From the NCBI GenBank assembly GCA_043781255.1, contig JAYWBQ010000001.1:1-57210 (forward strand): DNA of 57,210 nt, in the 5' to 3' direction. Below the pieces are notes generated by a model. That model was not told where the DNA came from. It ran no database searches and saw nothing but the letters and a program-made list of their open reading frames with translations. This DNA comes from Minisyncoccota bacterium. Its GTDB lineage: Bacteria; Patescibacteriota; Minisyncoccia; Phycocordibacterales; UBA5272. Shown piece by piece: positions 51,280 to 57,210 of the stretch. A program made the translations under genes and the position numbers. How positions within the stretch are numbered: the stretch's first letter is position 1; the number at the start of each line of letters is the position of its first letter.

Positions 51280-51340
51280 TACATAGGTTTCACCTATGTA
51301 AAATGAAGAGTAGATAAAATACATAGGTGAAACCTATGTA
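51280..51340. repeat. Inverted pair of 21-bp REP-like palindromes
   Basis: tacataggtttcacctatgta (51280-51300) and its exact reverse complement (51320-51340). Confidence 0.85.
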
Positions 51341-51368
51341 TTTTTAATTTTAATGGTAGTATAGCTAT

Positions 51369-52115
51369 ATGAAATTCGAAGATAAAGTCGAACAGCTACG
51401 TATTAAGAAACATCAAGGAAGGGAAACAGAAGAGTTTCTTAGTGATGTGAAGAAAATGACAGAAGGGGAGGCATTTGAATATCTATTAGGAGAGGTCGAT
51501 TTTTGTGGGGCAAAAATCGACCTCTCCTTACGCCCTATGATCCCACGTCCTGAGACTGCCCACTGGGTTGCGCAAGCAATTGAAGATCTTTTAAAGACTC
51601 GCCGAGAATTTGTGCTTCGTGTTCTTGATCTTTTTTCTGGATCTGGATGCGTTGGACTTGCCGTCGCAAAGAATATTCCAGAAGCAACAATAGACTTTAT
51701 CGAGCTTGATCCGAAGCTTAAACCAGGTGTGGAAAATTCTATAATTAGGAATAATATCAAAAAGCTTCGCACACGAGTTCTCACGGGGGACACATGGGAA
51801 GGAGCAGGTGGAACCTATGACGCTATCTTTGCAGTTCCACCTTATATCCCGCCACAGATGAAAGATGAGGTGATGAAAGAGCTCGGCGCTGAAAATCCAC
51901 TTTCATTTTTCGATAAAGAAGACGGTTACTATTATCACAAGCAAGTCTTGTCGAAGGCAAAAGACTTTCTAAAATCTGACGGTATCCTCTACCTAGAATT
52001 TGATATCACCCAACGAGAAAAAATAGAAGCTCTAGTTAAAGAACATGGTTTTACAGTCTATTCTTTTTTGAAAGATCCATATGGACATGAGTGCGCAATA
52101 AAGCTTGTAAAATAA
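51369..52115 (+). CDS. prmC: HemK/PrmC-family release factor glutamine methyltransferase
   Basis: EYLLG...F.G.......MIPRPET; VLDLFSGSGC.G; motif IV reads VPPY; G.LYLE. Confidence 0.8.
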   Translation: MKFEDKVEQLRIKKHQGRETEEFLSDVKKMTEGEAFEYLLGEVDFCGAKIDLSLRPMIPRPETAHWVAQAIEDLLKTRREFVLRVLDLFSGSGCVGLAVAKNIPEATIDFIELDPKLKPGVENSIIRNNIKKLRTRVLTGDTWEGAGGTYDAIFAVPPYIPPQMKDEVMKELGAENPLSFFDKEDGYYYHKQVLSKAKDFLKSDGILYLEFDITQREKIEALVKEHGFTVYSFLKDPYGHECAIKLVK

Positions 52116-52151
52116 AATTAAAACTAGTATGAGAATCCAGGTGAAAAATAT

Positions 52152-52180
52152 TTGACTTTATCATAAAAATGTTCTATTAT
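52152..52180 (+). promoter_or_regulatory. Sigma70-type promoter upstream of the DGR-target-like gene
   Basis: TTGACT-17 nt-TATTAT; boxA-like gttctttcaaaat just downstream. Confidence 0.65.
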
Positions 52181-52205
52181 AAAACTATATAAGTTCTTTC
52201 AAAAT

Positions 52206-52326
52206 AGTGGTCATAGCGATATGTATTTACTATGCAGGCCAACCCCAAGGCAAGACCTCGGGGGGTTGCAAGACCTTCATGAAAAAAAGAAACGGTGAAC
52301 GGAGAATACATATCGCTGTGACTACT
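52206..52326 (+). ncRNA. Structured 5' leader (candidate cis-regulatory RNA)
   Basis: 21-bp stem 52207-52227/52305-52325 whose only two non-Watson-Crick positions are G-U; inner hairpin caacccc/ggggttg. Confidence 0.55.
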
Positions 52327-52367
52327 GGACGTTTGATCAAGTACACAGCAATTGAAAGGGTGACGCC

Positions 52368-52988
52368 ATGACGAATCAGATCATGATCGCATCGCAGGAA
52401 ATGAACGACGGTCAAATTGAAAACTTCGTGAGCAAATTGCGTGACGCACTTCGCAAGAACCGTCAGCATTTCAGCAAGGACTCCGCACAGCATGTATTGG
52501 GGGTTCCAAACATTGGAATGGAGCTTCTTGATCCAATCCGTGTTCACGCGGAGGTTTTTGGCAACATAGTTGTTCGTCAAGCAACGGTCAACCGCACTCG
52601 TTCACAGTATGAAGCGCTCGTTGCAACAGGCCGCAGTCTACATCTGAACAAGTCTGTAGTAAAAACCATACCGAGTGCAACTGGAGATATTGAAGCCATC
52701 TTCGTTAACTTCGGCCAAAATGTTGACTGTGACAAGCTGGACAATGAGCTCGCCACCCTCGGCTTTGAATTGATTGTCGACCCACAAGGGCTTGCTGCTA
52801 TCAACGAGGCTGATCGTGCCTTTGCAGATGGTCACCCCAACGGCATTCAATGGAAAGACAGCAAAGGAAACTACTGCTACGTGGTCTTCAGTCGCTGGGG
52901 TACTGGGCCGAGTGTGTTCATGTACCGGCACGGCGACGGCTGGGGCGGTGCTTGGTGGTTCCCGTGCCGTCGCAAGGTGGCACTTTGA
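52368..52988 (+). CDS. Probable diversity-generating retroelement (DGR) target protein with CLec-like variable C-terminus
   Basis: C-terminus CYVVFSRWGTGPSVFMYRHGDGWGGAWWFPCRRK; 3' ~100 nt are A-poor with many NNC/NNT codons between invariant TGG codons; downstream actttg repeats and GC hairpin. Confidence 0.65.
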   Translation: MTNQIMIASQEMNDGQIENFVSKLRDALRKNRQHFSKDSAQHVLGVPNIGMELLDPIRVHAEVFGNIVVRQATVNRTRSQYEALVATGRSLHLNKSVVKTIPSATGDIEAIFVNFGQNVDCDKLDNELATLGFELIVDPQGLAAINEADRAFADGHPNGIQWKDSKGNYCYVVFSRWGTGPSVFMYRHGDGWGGAWWFPCRRKVAL

Positions 52989-53032
52989 ACTCACACACTT
53001 TGGACTTTTGGTTACTTTGACCTTAGTTCTTT

Positions 53033-53061
53033 AGGGCTATGCATCTTCTGTGCAGAGCCCT
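53033..53061 (+). other. Hairpin downstream of the DGR-like target (terminator or DGR target-recognition hairpin)
   Basis: agggct-a-tgca...tgca-g-agccct followed by T-rich sequence. Confidence 0.55.
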
Positions 53062-53314
53062 TTAATTTTGTATACTAGAAGACGAGAGTAGGTGAATACG
53101 TGGGCGATCAAGGTTTCCTACTACCGAAATCAGTATCCATACATCAAGAATATCTACGATCAAGGTTTTAGATAGAGTGGTGTATGCCGTCTACAGGTGT
53201 CTATATATAACCTGTAGGCTAGACACTTCAAAAATGAAGTTGACTTGGTATGTCTATTTAGGTGATTATGATCACGAATAAAATTCAATCTTTAGCATTA
53301 CACTATAACTAAGT

Positions 53315-53343
53315 TTGACAAAAAAGCTATAGTTTGCTATTAT
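53315..53343 (+). promoter_or_regulatory. Near-consensus sigma70 promoter of the DEAD-box helicase gene
   Basis: TTGACA-17 nt-TATTAT with extended TG. Confidence 0.8.
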
Positions 53344-53625
53344 GTGTCCATTATTTCCTTATGGATATCCATGTGTAATCAGGTCTAACAAGACGAATTA
53401 TTTGATCACGCTCGGGCTAACCATACATCTGTCTTCACAGATAGAAGAGTCTTCATCGAAACGAAGTCGAGCGCAAATAATTTAACTAATCGGATTCATA
53501 AGGCATCTCGGATTTTAGATAAACAATTTTTTGGTGCATGAACATTTTTTTTGTTCATCTCTTATTTTTATATTGTTGCCCTCTAAAGTACCTCGTTTTT
53601 TCTTGTGTGTTCTACAAATAAATAT

Positions 53626-55014
53626 ATGTATACAATAACAACTGGTGGGTCATCATCTGACTCACGAACTGATTCTCTGTCACCATCTCGGTCACGATCT
53701 CCTTCATCTGAAGGATCTCGCGGTCGTTCTTATTCATCTCCTCGTGAAGGAGGGTATTCTTCTAAAGACGGAGGATCTCGCGGTGGGTATTCTTCTCGCT
53801 CCACATCTCGTGGCGGTTTTTCTCGCGGAGGAGGAGCATCATCCGCACCTCGTGCTTTTAATGCAAAGCGGAGTTTCAAGAAAGACTATATTGACGAGAA
53901 TCTTTTTATTAATAAAGAAGCTGGCGTCACAGAAGTGGATCACTATGAGGCAAAGCATGCCTTTACTGACTTCGGTATCGCAGAAATGCTTTCCGCTAAC
54001 TTAACTGCAAAGGGACTTGTCACCCCGTCTCCTATTCAAGATCAGTCAATCCCAGTTGTTCTCTCTGGTAAAGATGTGATTGGTATTGCGTCCACCGGAA
54101 CTGGTAAGACTGCAGCATTCCTCATTCCTTTAATTAATAAACTTGTTGCTGATAACAACCATAAAATGATGGTACTTTGTCCAACACGTGAGCTTGCACA
54201 GCAAGTTGAGACTGAATTTGCCGCGTTTACTCGTGGTATGAAGCTCTTCTCTGTATCTTGTGTGGGAGGTGCACCAATCATGCGTCAGATCAAAGAGCTT
54301 GAACTCGGTGTGAACGCTGTTATTGGGACACCGGGACGTGTGAAGGATCTTATCGAGCGTGGCAAAATCAAGATGGAATACTTCGATAGTATTGTACTTG
54401 ATGAAGCTGACCGAATGCTCGACATGGGATTTATCGACGACATGCGTTCTATATTAGGTGCTATGCCAAAGACAAAGCAAGGGCTATTCTTTTCTGCAAC
54501 GTTTTCTCCTGAAATCAAGAGACTATGTACTGACTTCCTTAAGGATCCTATTACTGTTTCTGTAAAAACTCGTGATACAGCAGCATCTGTAATGCAAGAT
54601 GTTATTCGTGTGAATACAGATGCAGAAAAAGTAGAAGCGCTTCACGAAATTCTCCTTAAACCAGAATACGGGAAGGTTCTTATTTTTCGAGAAATGAAGC
54701 GTCATGTAGATGGACTAGCAGATGAGCTCACCAAGCGTGGATTTAAAGCTCTCGCCCTCCACGGTGATATGCATAACCGTGAACGAGAAAGAGCTGTAAA
54801 AGCGCTCGAGGCTGGTAAGGTACAAGTGGTGATCGCAACTGATGTTGCGGCACGTGGACTAGATATTTCAGATATTTCTTTGGTAATTAACTATGATATT
54901 CCAAATAACTATGAGACGTATATTCACCGTATTGGACGAACAGGACGTGCTAAGAAGCTAGGACATGCTCTTACTTTTGTGCCAAAGGCACGCGAAACAC
55001 GAGGAAGGTACTAG
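53626..55014 (+). CDS. DEAD-box RNA helicase with Ser/Arg/Gly-rich N-terminal tail (ATG 53626)
   Basis: Q motif PSPIQ; ASTGTGKT; PTRELA; GTPGR; DEAD; SAT; ARGLD; HRIGRTGR. Confidence 0.96.
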   Translation: MYTITTGGSSSDSRTDSLSPSRSRSPSSEGSRGRSYSSPREGGYSSKDGGSRGGYSSRSTSRGGFSRGGGASSAPRAFNAKRSFKKDYIDENLFINKEAGVTEVDHYEAKHAFTDFGIAEMLSANLTAKGLVTPSPIQDQSIPVVLSGKDVIGIASTGTGKTAAFLIPLINKLVADNNHKMMVLCPTRELAQQVETEFAAFTRGMKLFSVSCVGGAPIMRQIKELELGVNAVIGTPGRVKDLIERGKIKMEYFDSIVLDEADRMLDMGFIDDMRSILGAMPKTKQGLFFSATFSPEIKRLCTDFLKDPITVSVKTRDTAASVMQDVIRVNTDAEKVEALHEILLKPEYGKVLIFREMKRHVDGLADELTKRGFKALALHGDMHNRERERAVKALEAGKVQVVIATDVAARGLDISDISLVINYDIPNNYETYIHRIGRTGRAKKLGHALTFVPKARETRGRY

Positions 55015-55034
55015 AGTTTAGTTACTGTAGACAT

Positions 55035-55068
55035 AAAAAAGTAGCCACATTGTGGCCGCTTTTTTGTT
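55035..55068 (+). terminator. Intrinsic terminator
   Basis: aaaaaagtagccac-att-gtggccgctttttt. Confidence 0.7.
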
Positions 55069-55199
55069 TTCTTTTGCATCTTTTTAGTACATGCGATATA
55101 GTAGATATATACTTAGATAAACAGTATCGACTGTGTCGATTAAATTGTATTTTTGCATTTACTAAAGTCTAACCATTAAAACCTAATCACTAAATTTAT

Positions 55200-55742
55200 A
55201 TGTCATATCTACAAGAAGGAGCTTCAGTTCCACAAGTTACGTTTAAAACCCGTGTTCGCGACGAGTCAGTTGAAGGAGAAAATCCATTCCGTTGGCAAGA
55301 CCTTACTACAGATGATGTTTTTAAAGGAAAGAATATTGTTATCTTTGCATTACCAGGAGCTTTTACACCAACATGTTCATCAACTCATGTACCAGGCTAT
55401 GAAGCCCTCTATGATGAAATGAAGGCGCTCGGTGTGGATGAAGTCATCTGCCTTTCAGTTAACGATGCATTTGTTATGTTCCAGTGGAAGAAGAATCTGG
55501 GAATAAATAAAGTGTTTATGTTGCCAGATGGGAACACTGACTTCTCCCGCGCCATGGGAATGCTTGTTAAGAAAAACAACGTCGGCTTTGGTGATCGTTC
55601 ATGGAGATACTCTATGCATGTTGTTGATGGAGTTATTAAGAAGATGTTCATCGAAGAGGGAATGGCTGACGAGTATGCAGCTGATCCATTTGAAGTTTCT
55701 GACGGAGACACAATGTTTGCATATCTTAAGACTGGTAATTAA
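55200..55742 (+). CDS. Peroxiredoxin (Prx5/type II)
   Basis: FALPGAFTPTCS..H.PGY; C.SVNDAFVM; PDGN.DF...MGML; GFG.RSWRYSM. Confidence 0.95.
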   Translation: MSYLQEGASVPQVTFKTRVRDESVEGENPFRWQDLTTDDVFKGKNIVIFALPGAFTPTCSSTHVPGYEALYDEMKALGVDEVICLSVNDAFVMFQWKKNLGINKVFMLPDGNTDFSRAMGMLVKKNNVGFGDRSWRYSMHVVDGVIKKMFIEEGMADEYAADPFEVSDGDTMFAYLKTGN

Positions 55743-55762
55743 AGATTAAATTATATACAACT

Positions 55763-56275
55763 ATGTTTGAAATTACTGTCACGGCATATATTCGCCACCT
55801 TGGTAATTTGCGTGCGATATTAGAGAAAGCACATGTGTGGCAACTCGAAAAGAAAATTGGTGACGAGACTATCATGAATGCACGGCTTGCAATCGATCAG
55901 TTTCCTTTTGCATTCCAGGTGCAATCAGTAACTGTTGCCGCTAAAAATGGTGCAGGTGTGCTCTGTGGGGTTGAGTATCCTGTATTTCCAGATACCGAAA
56001 AAACTATTCCAGATCTGATTAAGAGAATCGAGACAACGATTACTTTCTTAGAGACACTCACACCCTTAATGGTAAAGAGTGATTTGGAGACAAAAGTTAT
56101 CCCGATGGCGTGGATGCCAGGAAAAGGTGTTGATGGAAAGTTTTATACCGAGGTGTATACAGTTTCAAACTTCTACTTCCATTATGTAACTGCGTACTCT
56201 ATCCTTCGCCACTACGGGCTAGATCTTGGGAAGGGAGATTATATGGGTGCTGTTGAATTCAAGGATGTAGTATAA
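55763..56275 (+). CDS. DUF1993 family protein
   Basis: ARL..D.FP...QVQ; E.T..DL..RI..T..FL; NFYFH.VTAY.ILRH.G..LGK.DY. Confidence 0.88.
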   Translation: MFEITVTAYIRHLGNLRAILEKAHVWQLEKKIGDETIMNARLAIDQFPFAFQVQSVTVAAKNGAGVLCGVEYPVFPDTEKTIPDLIKRIETTITFLETLTPLMVKSDLETKVIPMAWMPGKGVDGKFYTEVYTVSNFYFHYVTAYSILRHYGLDLGKGDYMGAVEFKDVV

Positions 56276-56287
56276 TTAACAGTATTC

Positions 56288-57007
56288 ATGAAACAAGCGC
56301 TTAGCATAAAAGGATTAAATAAAACATACGACGGAGGTAAGGTTGCGCTTAAAGGAATTGACTTCTCAGTAGATGAGGGAGGATTTTTTGCGCTCCTTGG
56401 ACCAAATGGGGCGGGAAAGTCAACACTCATTGGTATCTCGTGTGGACTTGTTACTAAGACAGAGGGGGAAGTGATTATTCAGGGACACAATATTGATACT
56501 GATGGAGATACTGCAAAGATTCATGTGGGTCTTGTTCCGCAAGAATTCAACTTCAGTATCTTTGAGACAGTTGAGAGTATTTTGTTTACTCAAGCTGGTT
56601 ATTATGGAATCTCACGAAAAGAAGTTGCTCCACAAATAGAAATGCTTCTTAAAAAATTGGGCTTAGAAGAAAAAAGAAATGTAAAATCAAGGACACTTTC
56701 CGGTGGAATGAAAAGGCGCCTGATGATCGCACGCGCTCTTGTGCATAAACCAACATTACTATTTTTGGATGAGCCAACAGCAGGAGTGGATGTGGAGCTT
56801 CGATTAGAAATGTGGGAATTCTTGAAAGAGCTAAATGAAAGTGGGGTAACAATTATTCTCACGACGCACTATCTTGAAGAAGCAGAGAAACTTTGTAAAG
56901 ACATTGCAATCATTAGTGGGGGAGAAATAAAGGTGAGAGGTACAACGGAGGAAGTGATGAATGGTCGCCCTCTTGAAGAAGTATATTTAGAAGCAACAAA
57001 GATGTAA
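56288..57007 (+). CDS. ABC transporter ATP-binding protein (YadG-like multidrug type)
   Basis: GPNGAGKST; VPQEFN; LSGGMKRR; LFLDEPTAGVD; TTHYLEEAE. Confidence 0.95.
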   Translation: MKQALSIKGLNKTYDGGKVALKGIDFSVDEGGFFALLGPNGAGKSTLIGISCGLVTKTEGEVIIQGHNIDTDGDTAKIHVGLVPQEFNFSIFETVESILFTQAGYYGISRKEVAPQIEMLLKKLGLEEKRNVKSRTLSGGMKRRLMIARALVHKPTLLFLDEPTAGVDVELRLEMWEFLKELNESGVTIILTTHYLEEAEKLCKDIAIISGGEIKVRGTTEEVMNGRPLEEVYLEATKM

Positions 57008-57118
57008 AAGGTGGCAGGTGATAGGTTGTGGGTTATAGAAAATTACAATACAATCATTACAATATAATCATTATGCTTGTGAAGAAAAATAAGTTCGTCT
57101 AAACTTTTTTATAGAATT

Positions 57119-57210
57119 ACAACCTACAACCTACAACCTACAACCTACAACCTACAACCTACAACCTACAACCTACAACCTACAACCTACAACCTACAAC
57201 CTACAACCTA
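57119..57210. repeat. Heptamer repeat (ACAACCT)x13+ running off the window end; degenerate inverted partner at ~57009-57038
   Basis: Read directly; aggtggc aggtgat aggttgt gggttat upstream is complementary in type. Confidence 0.95.

Overview
AT-rich bacterial chromosomal segment (genetic code 11). The gene content and order suggest a Patescibacteria/CPR, Parcubacteria-like genome (inference). Main blocks: (1) a mosaic accessory region at 1-19 kb with short cassette-like genes, gene fragments, several non-coding repeat/hairpin families, an unusual tRNA-Ser with anticodon ACU, and an adjacent island (SWIM protein, AEP primase-SF2 helicase with an internal amber stop, Fic); (2) a complete cytochrome bo3 operon, cyoABCDE; (3) comF plus a full type IV pilus cluster, then ligA-gatC-gatA; (4) a tRNA hotspot (fMet, Met/Ile2, Asp) with an intact IS30-family element and a stand-alone GGDEF gene; (5) trhO, murI, prmC, a probable remote DGR target gene, a DEAD-box helicase, peroxiredoxin, DUF1993 and an ABC ATPase. 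The most interesting unexplained signal is a ~270-nt GC-rich, self-closing structured element (4764-5035). It has a -10 box, a truncated second copy with identical -10 spacing (2981-3057), and lies tail-to-tail with a possible recombinase C-terminal remnant. Other notable signals: the DGR-type variable gene with a structured leader, further candidate ncRNAs, and recurrent inverted heptamer arrays. All family calls come from motif recognition by eye; no database searches were run.
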